Positions 26,696 to 39,484 of a stretch of DNA of 64,000 nt are shown here, piece after piece (the first letter of the stretch is position 1; the number at the start of each line of letters is the position of its first letter). The stretch lies in assembly GCF_006345805.1 (NCBI RefSeq), contig NC_042997.1, positions 31,930,001 through 31,994,000 on the forward strand, in the 5' to 3' direction. Position numbers and translations under genes: made by a program. The notes under the pieces were generated by a model, which saw nothing but the letters and a program-made list of their open reading frames with translations, did not search any database and was not told the origin of the DNA. The DNA comes from Octopus sinensis. Lineage: Eukaryota.

Positions 26696-26854
26696 TATTA
26701 AAAGTAATCGAGTCAATGTCCACTCAGAGTGACCGATGGTTTTGCACCCACAAAGGCTTTACAGTCTGAAAAGATGTCCACAAAGCTAAGGCCTTTGTGG
26801 ATGTAAAACCATTGGTCACTCTATGATCAGACAGTGACTCGATTACTTTTAATA
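26696..26854. repeat. Palindromic MITE-like element
   Basis: 20-bp perfect outer arms tattaaaagtaatcgagtca/tgactcgattacttttaata and 32-bp inner arms with 3 mismatches. Confidence 0.8.
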
Positions 26855-26870
26855 TATATATATATATATT

Positions 26871-28055
26871 TAGTCATCCTAGTGTGTGTGTATGTATGTA
26901 TGTATGTATATATATATATATATATATACATATATATATAGTCATCCTCGTGTATGTATATATACATATATATAGTCATCCTCGTGTATGTATATATACA
27001 TATATATAGTCATCCTCGTGTATGTATATATACATATATATAGTCATCCTCGTGTATGTATATATACATATATATAGTCATCCTCGTGTATGTATATATA
27101 TATATATATATAGTCATCCTCGTGTATGTATATATACATATATATAGTCATCCTCCTCGTGTGTGTATATATCCATATATGTATAGTCAACCTTGTGTGT
27201 GTGTGTGTGTATATATACATATATATAGTCATCCTCGTGTGTGTATATATAACATATATAGTCATCCTCGTGTGTGTATATATACATATATAGTCATCCT
27301 CGTGTGTGTATATATACATATATATAGTCATCCTCGTGTGTGTATATATACATATAATAGTCATCCTCGTGTATGTATATATACATATATATAGTCATCC
27401 TCGTGTGTGTGTATATATACATATATATAGTCATCCTCGTGTGTGTGTATATATACATATATATAGTCATCCTCGTGTGTGTGTATATATACATATATAT
27501 AGTCATCCTCGTGTGTGTGTATATATACATATATATAGTCATCCTCGTGTGTGTATATATACATATATATAGTCATCCTCGTGTGTGTATATATACATAT
27601 ATATAGTCATCCTCGTGTGTGTATATATACATATATATAGTCATCCTCGTGTGTGTATATATACATATATATAGTCATCCTCGTGTGTGTATATATACAT
27701 ATATATAGTCATCCTCGTGTGTGTATATATACTTATATAGTCATCCTCGTGTGTGTATATATACATATATAGTCATCCTCGTGTGTGTATATATCCATAT
27801 ATGTATAGTCAACCTTGTGTGTGTGTGTGTGTGTATACATATATAGTCATCCTCGTGTGTGTATATATACATATATAGTCATCCTCGTGTGTGTATATAT
27901 ACATATATAGTCATCCTCGTGTGTGTATATATACATATATAGTCATCCTCGTGTGTGTATATATACATATATAGTCATCCTCGTGTGTGTATATATACAT
28001 ATATAGTCATCCTCGTGTGTGTATATATACATATATAGTTATCCTCGTGTTTGTG

Positions 28056-28056
<1 letters not shown>
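26871..28056. repeat. Minisatellite, ~34 copies of a 32-36 nt unit agtcatcctcgtgtgtgtatatatacatatatat
   Basis: Directly counted core agtcatcctc separated by TG/TA runs. Confidence 0.95.
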
Positions 28057-28105
<49 letters not shown>

Positions 28106-28154
28106 TACCTCATCCTTGTTTGTGTGCATGTGTGTATATATATATATATATATA

Positions 28155-29001
28155 CAGGATGATGTGAATAAACTGTCATTTAGATTATGCAAAAATGAAA
28201 ATAACTCTAACATCTCATTTTAACAGATATATTTACCAAAATTACATAGAAATTTCTTGAAATACTAAAGAGTAAATTTATTCAATAAAATCACCATTCG
28301 CTTCAACCACAGCCTCCAGATGACTTCAGAATCTCCTGCAACTCTTCTGGACGGTTTCCTTGTTTAAGTTGGTGAATGCTTGCATAATCCTTGCCTTCAG
28401 TTCATCTTTGGTGTTACAAGGAGTTCTGTTGGTCTCTTGCTCAACTGCACCCCACACAATAATCAAGAGAGCTGCAGTCTGGGGAGTTAGGTAGCCAGAT
28501 GTTAGGGGTGGTGTTGTCACAGAAATTGTCTGACAGCTATGACTGGGTTCTCCTGCTTGTGTGGCATAGTGCAGAGTTCTGTTGCCAGACATAGGGTCTT
28601 CCAGCAGCCACCCTCTTGACTCAGAGCAGCACTACCTCCTCCAGGCACTTAATGTAGGCCTCTGTGTTGAGTCTGAGGTTGTGTGGGAAGCATAATGTCA
28701 CCATCACTAGTGATCATTCAAAATACCATGATGTTGACTGGATGTTTGACTGTTATCACTCTCGGTACATGTCCTCAGATTGACACCCAAACAGTCTGAA
28801 ATGTTTGTATTGGAGCTTCTGGTGTGAATGCCAAGCAGTACACCATGTCATTTCCAAATTTCTGGTAGTGAATTGTATCATGATACTATTTTTCTCACAG
28901 TTGGTGCCCAACTGCCCCTACTATACTATGTAGTGGACAAAATCAAAAACAATGTGCAAAATTAAAAATATAAAATGGTGACAATGTACCGATTGCGCCC
29001 T
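28155..29001 (-). mobile_element. Decayed Tc1/mariner-superfamily transposon with a transposase C-terminal remnant
   Basis: Minus-strand VWGAVEQETNRTPCNTKDELKARIMQAFTNLNKETVQKSCRRF. TA-flanked ends tacaggatgatg... and ...gattgcgccctgta. Confidence 0.75.
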
Positions 29002-29024
29002 GTATGTGTGTGTGTGTGTATGTC

Positions 29025-29059
<35 letters not shown>

Positions 29060-31660
29060 ATATTATTTGACAGAAGTGCTTCAGTACTGCACTAAGTGAT
29101 GTATTTAGGTTTCATCAACCACGAGTGTTTTAACTGAGGTTAACTTAAATCTTCATTCTCTTTGGGAGTCAATAAGGAAATTGGAACAGAAATATACCAG
29201 GTATTATTTTATGTTGCAAAACCTAAGAAGGAACATCAAAATAGGCATCCCATTGGATACTGTTCTTACTAGTAAACCATGTCTTTTACGAACTTGTTGT
29301 CAGTAGCCCATATTTTTTAGTGTAACAAATGAAGTACTGCTGTGACAGCAGTAAGGATGAAGTAAAATACCACAAAGGAATGTTCTGCATACTAAAGCAT
29401 TTGATTGGTGGAGTCTCAGATGTTATCTAGTGAGTTGAATAACTTTGCTTCATTTAGAAGTATATTCTTTGCTGATGAGGTTTAATAAGTTCGAAGCTTA
29501 TGTTGCTTTCACCAATTGATTTTAAAGATAAAATCACCTCCCATCTACGTTGTCTTTCGAAAACTTTGATTAGCTGAATTGGTGCTATTTCCATTACTGT
29601 TTGATTTCATATTGAATTATTGAAAAAAACTGACCAATCCTAGTTCAATTGTTAACCTTGCAATACGCAAGTAACACTATTTTAAGGTTTATCTTTTTAT
29701 TCTCTTGATTCAAGATTTAACATTCTACTAATTGCATGGAGAGTTTCAGTTAATAAAAGTATTTCAATTCAATATGAGTGACCCTATCAGAAGTACAACT
29801 GTGTATATTTCCCATGACCAGACCTGTTTCCATAGAGTGAAAAATGAACGACACTGCTTTCATGATGGTGGCATTCATTTACAACTGTTACATAATGTCA
29901 AGACAAGGGCACACACACACCTACATACATATATATAATATATACTTTTACTTGTTTCAATCATTCGACTATGGTCATGTTGCAGCACCACCTTTAGTCG
30001 AACAAGTCAACCCAAGGAAATATTCTTTGTAAACCTGCTACTTTATCAATCTCTTTTGCTGAACTGCTAAGTTACAGGGATGTAAACACACCAACATCAG
30101 TTGTCAAGCGATGGTGGGGGAACACACACACACGTGTGTGTTTGTGTGTGTTTATATATATATATATATACATACATACATACATACACACACACAACGG
30201 GCTTCTTTCAGTTTCCTTCTACCAAATCCACTCACAAGGCTTTGGTCGGCCCAAGTTATAGTAGAAGACACTTGCCCAAGGTGCCATGCAGTGGGACTGA
30301 ACCCGGAACCATGTGATGGGCTTCTTTCAGTTTCCGGCTACCAAATTCTCTCATAAGGTTTTGGTTGCCTTAGAACTATAGTAAAAGACACTTGTCCAAG
30401 GTGACATGCTTTAGGACTGAACACAAAACCATGTACCTGGGAGTCAACCATGCCAGTGCCAAAGGAAGATGCTTTTTTAGTTGTTGACCACATAAAGACC
30501 ATCCATGGAGGTAGATGTAGCATCTATCTTCAGTAAGTAATGAAATTATACTCCAAAGCTTCTGTTACAGGTATTTGACATCTTGACTTTCAGTTTAGTA
30601 AATACACAGGTTAACTACCACAATTTCATTCATAATATTCTGAATGATGTGTGGCTGTGGTCATTCATAGTAAAATACAAATACTGTTTAACCCCAGGTT
30701 TTTTCATCCTGATTGAGCAGACTTGTGATCAAAGGTATTCTAAATGCTGCCATCTCATATCTTTCAGACATAATATAATTAGGATTACATTATCCAATGT
30801 ACTGTTTTGTAAATTTTTTTTAAGACAGTAAAGAGAATTGTGGGGAAAGTGATTTAACTCCTATTTCAAGTATGTTATGTAACCACAGAGGTTCCTGCTT
30901 TGGTTCTGAGTCTGTTAGTGAAGCATAGTGGATTTCATATTGAGGTATTGGAAAACTGGCCAATGATAGTTTAAGCTTTAATCTTGCCAGTAACCATATT
31001 CTAATGTTTACATTTTATTCTCTTAATTTAGTTTTGTTTGAATGTCTTTAATTTGTATTTCCACTGACCAATGAGTGAATGGTTAGCTTAGGTAATGAAT
31101 AAAATGGAAGGTGTCTGTTGGAAATATGACTTTGTAAAGGTTAAACTCTTGAAATTGGATTCAATCTAATCAATTAACTTGGAAGAGCCTTCAAGATTAA
31201 TTAGCTATTATCCTCTCCTGAATCCGGATATATAGTGTACTTTCTGAAGTTTAAACAAAGAGAATACCTCAAGGCATGTTCTTCTTAGCAATTGATCTGA
31301 CTTTATTAGGTTGGCTTTCAATTAGCCTTTTTAATTAGCTGACATGTATTCATTACTAAAGCAATTTATATTCTGTCTCCAGTTCCCAAGTATAATTTCT
31401 GTAATTCTATCAGAAATATTATATTCTCTCTCTTTATTCTTTTACTGGCTTCAGTCAGTATGTTATGGACATGCAATGGCACCACCTTCTGGAGATTATA
31501 TCAATTATATTAGTTTTAGTACTTTGTCAATATTGTTTTATGAATATTGAGGGGAAGAAGGACAAAAATCAATTTCGGTCTCATGAATATAAAAAAAACA
31601 CCATAAAGTTTTTTTGTTTAATGCTCCACTGAGTCTGCCATCAACCTATCAAAGTATGTA

Positions 31661-31709
<49 letters not shown>

Positions 31710-31815
31710 ATAATAAATATTAGGGAATAAATCCAAATTTACAGGGAAAAAATCAGATTTAGGATTAAATCGATTTTATAGTAAAATAATAATTTGACAC
31801 TGAATTATTGGAAGT

Positions 31816-31858
31816 CCACCTGAAGATTGTCGATCAAGACAAGAAACGATTGTAGTGG
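31816..31858 (+). ncRNA. Minimal type I hammerhead ribozyme motif
   Basis: ccac CTGAAGA ttgtc gatcaa gacaa GAAA c gatt g TA gtgg; intact core and stems I, II and III. Confidence 0.7.
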
Positions 31859-32140
31859 CGGTTTTTTTGACTATTTATTAAAATTTTATGTATTGATTAA
31901 GTCTTTCCTTGTTTGTTTTGCAAAATAGTGGTTTTGTCTCTAATAATATTTTATATATATATATATATATATATACCAAATAAGTTAGGGGTTGTGGATC
32001 CAACCCACTAAGGGATAATACTTATCCAATATACTGTTGGTATACTACCCAAATTATTAATACATAAGTGTTTTTAATTGCAATGCAACAAACTTATTGT
32101 ATTAAATGGGTGAAGGTAAAGAAATATTTGACTATTAATT

Positions 32141-32305
32141 TATATTACAAATAAGAAAATGGAGAAACACATTAGTTGGTTCATCAGCTTTAGGATATTA
32201 GAATGTTGACTTATTTATTTTGTTTTGATAAATAAGTCACCATTCTAATATCCTAAAGCTGATAAACCAACTAATGTGTTTCTCCATTTTCTTATTTGTA
32301 ATATA
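32141..32305. repeat. Long inverted repeat: 76-bp arms, 2 mismatches, 13-nt loop
   Basis: tatattacaaataagaaaatggagaaacac...gacttattt versus aaataagtcac...cttatttgtaatata. Confidence 0.9.
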
Positions 32306-32317
32306 TATATATATATA

Positions 32318-32698
32318 GGCGCAGGAGTGGCTGTGTGGTAAGTAGCTTGCTAACCAACCACATGGTTCCGGGTTCAGTCCCACTGCGTGGCATCTTGGGC
32401 AAGTGTCTTCTGCAATAGCCCTGGGCCGACCAATGCCTTGTGAGTGGATTTGGTAGACGGAAACTGAAAGAAGCCTGTCGTATATATATATGTGTGTTTG
32501 TGTGTCTGTGTTTGTCCCCCTAGCATTGCTTGACAACCAATGCTGGTGTGTTTATGTCCCTGTTACTTAGCGGTTCGGCAAAAGAGACCGATGAATAAGT
32601 ACTGGGCTTACAAAGAATAAGACCCGGGGTCGATTTGCTCGACTAAAGGCGGTGCTCCAGCATGGCCGCAGTCAAATGACTGAAACAAGTAAAAAAGA

Positions 32699-32700
<2 letters not shown>
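32318..32700 (+). mobile_element. Family A SINE, full length
   Basis: Same consensus, from ggcgcaggagtggc to aacaagtaaaaaagagt. Confidence 0.85.
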
Positions 32701-32738
<38 letters not shown>

Positions 32739-34848
32739 TCAGCATTGTTTAACATCCATTTTCCTTGCTTGCATGAGTTGAATGGTTTGACCGGAGCTGG
32801 CCACCTGAAGAGCAACCCAAGCTCTGTCTCTTTTGGCATGGTTTCTTGACTGGATGCTCTTCCTAATGCCATCCACTTTGCAGAGTATACTGGGTGCTTT
32901 TTATGCAGCACTAGCATGGGTGTATTTATGTGGCACTGTGTGGGTGCTTTTTAGGTGGCACCAACACCCATAAGCTCACAAGGTTAGGAATGCCCAACTG
33001 GAGAGGGATGCAAGGAACAGCCTATATTCAAGAGCAACCACGCTTTTACTTGGCCTTCACGTCTTTTCAGGCATAGCAAACTGCCTGCACCCTGTCATCT
33101 TCCCTGGGTCATAATGTATATACACACACACACACATTCACTTGATGGGCTTCCACAGTTTCCACAAACAAAATTACACTCAGACGGTTTTGATCAATCA
33201 AAGGTGATTGTGGAAGACACTTACCCAAGGTGCCACTCATTGAAATCAAACCCAGAACTACATGATCCCCAAGCAAACTTTTTAACCACACAGTCACACT
33301 TACCCTCCTCTTTACCAAATTCCAAAATACATGTTTTTTTTTGTTGTTTTTTTTTTTTTTTTTTTTTTTTTTTGTAGGAATAATTTGTCTGATTTTGCAT
33401 TTTATTACATTTAAGTGTTTTTTGTTAAGGGAATCAGAATGAATTCTTGACAGAGATTCAAATGATTCGCTGCATCCAGTTTGTGCTTTCACTTTTCTGA
33501 GTTAACAAATTCTACAAGATTCACCTTTGAATTTAACAATAGAGTTTAAGATAATGAAGAAAGGACCTCTTACATGATCAAAGCTTGGTACAGCCATTCT
33601 TGTTTTGCCCACAGTTACAGAACACACTTTAATCAGCTTGTTTCACTTTGCTATGCTGGAAAATCTATGCTGCTACTTTCAAAGTTGACTGATTAGTGGT
33701 TAGGAAGAAATCAAGATGCTTCCAAAACAGTCAAACTTGTGCAAGTATGAAGATGCATGTGGCAAATGATAAAATATTTCAAATTTCTACATATTTTTAT
33801 AGTGTTACCTTTCACATAAACTGTTTTTTTTTTTTTTTTTTGAGGGGTGGTGGAAGTTGTTATTTCTATTCCGATATAGAGTACACACCTGTTTGTACAC
33901 ATGCATGCACCCAAAATAAGCTCTAACATAGGCAATTTTGTAAAATTCATGGCTATATAGATGTCTGATAATTTTCAGTCCAAAGTGGTAAATTTTTATA
34001 TCGTTACAATCACAATAGAATATCTGAAAGACAAAATATTCATATCCATCTGAATCATATTTAAGACCCAAATCTTTAGATGATTAAGGCTTGGTGACAG
34101 ATTAAGAGATTATCATTTATCATTTTGGAAAATGTTCCAATATTGCTGTATGTTTATCAGCTGTAACTAATGTCAAACATATCAGAATTATTACTTTCTG
34201 TTTAGTCATTTCCAAACCACTTGAATAGTTTTGTAAAAAAAAAAAATTCCTTTTGACTATAAAAATATCTTGGTCACATTTTTTTCCCTCAAGTTTACCA
34301 GAAAGTTTTTAACATAAAATTTTAACAGAGAATTATGTAGACTTTGTATAATGAAGATGTTTTTGTGAAACTAGTTCGCTTTTTATTTATTTTAGTATAA
34401 CTAAAATAGGTTTTATAAAATGGCAAAACCACATATACTCATATTTTATGAAAACCAAATTGTTAATTTTGTTCTAAAAAAAAAAACACTTTTAATGCAT
34501 TTAAAAAATGCATGTTGAGATTTTTGTCTCTTGTTTGTTTTGAGTCTAAACCTTGAGGTCTTCAGAGATTTCCTTAGGTGCTTTACTCCACAATGAATGA
34601 CCTGTATCTTTTGCTTTGCTACATCTGTAATACTGTGATTTAGTTAATATTGATATTTTTCAGCCCTTACCCTTTCTATAATTTTTTTCTTTTTTGTGTG
34701 TGTTATTCATTCATTTGGCATTCGAAGAAAATAGCCTATGTTATGACATACCTATTGTGCAATTCCTCAATGGTTAGCTGCTATTTTTATTTGGTTGATC
34801 TTATCACATCACCCTAGTAGCATGGAATAGTGTGTTGTGTGTGTATTC

Positions 34849-34880
<32 letters not shown>

Positions 34881-36711
34881 GGAAGTTTCATCATGATATT
34901 GTATAGAAAAATCTTTAACTGATCACAAAGTTGGCATTGAACTAACTTCATAGTGATCGGAAATAAATTGATGAGGATAAATTTTGATTCTAAAGTTTGA
35001 ATCCATGAAGTTCTGAAGGTGGTCAAAATACTATATGGATATGACAATGTATTTTGTTTCCCATATCTTGAATTATTCTTTCATATATATGTGTGTGTAC
35101 TTGTGGGTACGTAACCATGTGTGTTCTATATATTTGACTGAACATTCTATAGAGTTTCTCTCTAAGATGCTTGGCAAGAAATTTGGTCTTAGCATTTGAA
35201 ACAGATACTGTATTGATCATTTAATAATTAAATATATACACAGTTTATTGTTCACAATCTGGTCGTTGATGCTTTACAGATGAGCAATTCAGAGGTTTGC
35301 TCAGTTGGATGCCTTGCTATGTGAATTAACATAGTATATCATGGATACAAATATATACTCTTTAATGTAATTTTCAGGCAGAATCATCAGTGCAGTTTAG
35401 ACTTTTGAGTTTCCATCTCCCCAGTTTTGCTCACAAGGCTGGAGTTGACACTGAATTACCATTGGCATTAGGAAGGGCATCCAGCCGTAGAAACATTGCC
35501 AGATCAGACTGGGCCTGGTGCAGCCTTCTGGCTTCCCAGACCCCAGTTGAACCGTCCAACCCATGCTAGCATGGAAAGCGGACGCTAAATGATGATGATG
35601 ATGAGATAAAAACCAAGACATCAAGATTGCAATAACAAACTTCTTAACTATTTGCTCATGCTCCATCAACACTGTGCATGCATGTACAGGTCTGTACATA
35701 GCTACAGTTGGAGCTATGTGCAAAAGGTCGAACAAAAAAAACACTGTTTACATATAGCAAATTTGAAGCATCATGGACTACACTTGTCTGTCCTGGATTA
35801 ATGCCTCATAGCATATTGGCTAAATAAACCCACTCTCCGAAAGAAAGATATCAAGAGCATTACCATGGATGGTGTAGAGACTGCCAAAATTCTGGCTATG
35901 AAAACCTTAAAATCAGATGGGTTGCTACAACAGCAGTATTCTATGAAATGTACTTTAAGCTTCAGCCCAACAAACTCAAAATATGCTGTGACTGCTGTGT
36001 GAAAAACTTACCTGCATGATGCTTAATACTTTCACACCTGTACAAATTCTTTCTTTGCCTGCTGCCAAGCCCAACTCATTTGGTAGATGTGTTTTTCTCT
36101 TTGCTGTAAATACATGAAACAAATTTTCAGATGCAACAATTGTTAGACCTCTCTTTGAGTTCATACATCTTATGAGACTGTATTGTTCTCAAATGCTTAT
36201 AATGGGTCCTGATTTTAAGCATAATGCCAGCAATTTTGAGGGAAGGGGTTTAGTCGATACCATCAGTTCTAATACTTGATTGGTCCTATATTTTCTAAAC
36301 CCTGGAAGAATTAAAGTTAGTTGACGTTGGCAAGGTTGGAACTCAGATTGTAAAGAACTGGAACATTTTCCAATGCTGTAACACTTCTTCTGCCATCTTG
36401 CTGTCTTTCAAATGCATATAATAAAATAGCAAAAAATGACAGTCGTTTTGTAGATGTTTGAAAGATTTTGAAGAATGAATTAAAATAGCATGTGTGTTTA
36501 ATAAATGGACAAAATAATTTGTAGAAAAAATAAATTCTATAAACATTTGTTTATCCATTTTTTTTTTTTTTTTTTTTTTGTTCTAAATTTTGAAAAGTAA
36601 AAATGATTTTTGACAGGTCTTTACTAAATATTAGAATAGGGGTTCAAACCACATTTGCGAATTGCATTTTATCCTCAATACCATGACTCTCTTTTTTGCT
36701 CGAACCTGTAG

Positions 36712-36802
36712 ATTGTCTTTAGCAACTATGAGCTTAGCTATAGAAAGCCAACATGTCTACACAAAACAGGGCGTGGCTATCTCCATGACAGGTATTGCAC
36801 AA
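36712..36802 (+). CDS. FLOT1: Flotillin-1 exon 3a (91 nt, phase 2 to 0): (R)LSLATMSLAIESQHVYTKQGVAISMTGIAQ
   Basis: Acceptor ctgtag and donor CAA|gtaagt; open frame. Homologous to the flotillin-1 ISLNTxTL...VYT..GV.ISVTGIAQ segment. Confidence 0.9.
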
Positions 36803-38457
36803 GTAAGTGGTTTTGTCCCTTGTTGTAATGGGTACATTTCTAAATCCTACCAAAAATGCAAGTAGTTGGCAGCTTCTTAGTTTTCAATCCTAGTGGTTAC
36901 CTGAATAGCTTTGTGTTCTTTTGTTGTTGTTGTTATAAATGTTTTCCTATTTTTATATTTTGATTTCTCCACCCACTAACCTTTCCCTTTTGCAGATAGA
37001 ATGTTGTTGCTTTCTATATATATTTATTTATTTTTAATGTGTTGTTGTACTTTACATTGATTATATTTTGTTATTGCAAATTATAATTCTTATGCAGCAT
37101 GGATATTAGTAGTTACAGCTCATTTAAAGAATTATCATTTTATTTATTTATTTTCCCAATGATATTTCCTTTGGTGTGGGCATTACTTTTAAACTTAAAA
37201 CAGATAGCAAACATTTCGTTTTGTCATGGTTGCAGTGTAAATCTTGATCAGCTTAAGAATTCAAATTTTAAGTTTCATATGATAGAACCAAGCGCAAGAT
37301 ATATTTATTGGCCACAAAACTCCATTGTAGTAGGACCTAGGAAAGCATTATCACTCACTCCCTTTCTCCATCTCTCTCCCTCTCTCTCTTTCTTTCTCTC
37401 TCTCTCTCTCCCTCTCTCTCTCTCTCTTTCAACAATCAGCCTTGTTAAAATAGTATGTATGAACACATAGAGCAATGCCCTAAACTTGTGGATAGTTATT
37501 TAAAATAGTTTCTTAGTGATGTCTCTTGGTGCTTTTTCTTAATTCATGGTGATTCATATCTATTCAATTCCTTTTTAATTACCCAAACTTAGCTATTATA
37601 CTACACCAGCCACATTGCCGTATTTTTATGTTTAATACTTAACCTAAAATTTCTCTCCCCACTATATATATATTTTTTTAAATAAGGAATAATGCATGAG
37701 GATTAGTCATATTCATGGCAGTTTATTTATTGGTCCTGAAAATATTTTATTACCATTTACCACCACTACTGCTACTACTACCTTAGCATAAATTGAACTC
37801 AGAATGGTGAGGTATTGAGAAACATCTATTCCAATTGATTACTGTTTATTCCAAATTTTCTATACTTTCTGTAAGATTGTGATAATATGAATTCATTTTA
37901 TTGTACTTTTCTGGAATATGTATTTGTGTAAGCATAGGTAAAGACGGGGCATAAAACATGAAAAAAATGAAGCAACTGCCAAGTGGGACTCGACTCATAT
38001 TTTCCAGCTCAGTGCTCAACAAGAAGTGCAAGTTTGAGTCCCACATAAGGTTGTTTCATTTTTTTTTTAAATACGTAATTGTTCACTAAGTACGCGCATA
38101 AACACTTGATTTAAATAAAAAAAATATATATACATACAAAGTAATTTTTAATAATTCAAATGTAAATTATTTCAGCAAAAAAATTTTTTTTTATATTGAA
38201 TCAATTAACTACTCAAAGAATACCAATTTTGATTTACCTTCTGTGAAATTTTCTAAAACAAAATTATCAAGATTTTCTTTTAATGCATGCAATAAATAAT
38301 TCACGATACTGTAAATAGGTATTTTTGAGAAGAAATCAAAATTTAAAAACTTAGATGATCTCTAAGGATTCTGAACATTTGAAACTTTATTGCATGTAAG
38401 TAATAATAATATCTGGCAAATATAATTTTTTCCATTATAGTCTCTAGCTAAAAATAA

Positions 38458-38511
<54 letters not shown>

Positions 38512-38530
38512 TGGAAATTAAGCTAAATAC

Positions 38531-38687
38531 CAGTATGAATATTTAGTTTCTACATACGTTTCACCATTGCAGTTAATCGGAACTCAGCAGCATTGGGCAT
38601 CAGGTGCATTTGGATGTCTAATTGCAGTGTATCAGCCAAAATAACTGCAATGGTGTAATATATGTAGAAACTAAATTTTTTGTACTG
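38531..38687. repeat. Palindromic element between exons 3a and 3b
   Basis: atttagtttctacata..caccattgcagtta versus taactgcaatggtg..tatgtagaaactaaat. Confidence 0.75.
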
Positions 38688-38995
38688 TTTACTCTTTCAC
38701 TTGTTTCAGTCATTTGACTGCGGCCATGCTGGAGCACTGCCTTTAGTCGAGCAAATCGACCCCAATTTCCAATGTATATGTTCTGTATATCTTAAGTAGT
38801 AAGTAGAGTGGTTGACTGGATAATAATCTACATAAAGCACCCAGCACACACTGTAAAGTGGCTGGCATTAGGAAGGGCATTCAACTTTAGAAACCAGGCC
38901 TAATCGGATGGGGACCTGGTACAGCTTTCCAGCTGCCAGCTCTGGTGAAACTGTCCAATTCATGCCAGCATGAAAAAACGAATGTTAAAAGATGA

Positions 38996-39035
<40 letters not shown>

Positions 39036-39484
39036 AATAGATTTAATAATTTAGGAGTTATAGGATAAAAATATATTATTTTAGTCGGGGTTTTTTCAAT
39101 TTATTTTCTGCTCCGATAATAAGAAAATAGTTGACAAAACTATTGACTTAAGCATAGTCTCAATTATTAACAATCAAAACTTATTTGAGTAAATAGCGGC
39201 TATGTTTCTAAGTGACTGTATTTTCTTGATAAATATTTGAAATATTTACCCTTATAAATTAAAACTAACTCCTGGAAATTGACTTAGAATCATATACTTT
39301 CAAGGAGTTTGTATTTAGTCATATTTAATTTTTTTTTCTTAATTTTTTAAATAAAAAAAAAAGTATTGGTTATGAATAAATTATCAGAAATTCTTGCATG
39401 TGGCTATTTTCCAAATAAGCATGCTTTTTCCACTGTTAGACATGTCTTATGCCAGGGCTTGATACCAAGTAGTATTTGTTACAG

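Noticed and set aside
26871-28056. CRISPR-like array or repetitive ORFs (MTIYMYIYTHTR...)
   Set aside because: The spacers are near-identical TG/TA microsatellites, the context is eukaryotic and there are no cas genes. The ORFs are translations of the minisatellite.
29470-29510. Additional hammerhead-like CTGATGA...GAAG (similar partial hits near 19081, 25190 and 56433)
   Set aside because: Stem I and/or the GAAA and stem III elements do not form.
30560-30610. Possible third copy of exon 3 (gttacaggtatt, VTGI)
   Set aside because: Followed immediately by TGA, with no upstream similarity and no 91-nt structure.
36013-36104. Possible antisense exon with a tttacag acceptor and CAG|gtaagt donor
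   Set aside because: No recognisable protein and no partner exons; may be a decayed TE. Needs RNA evidence.
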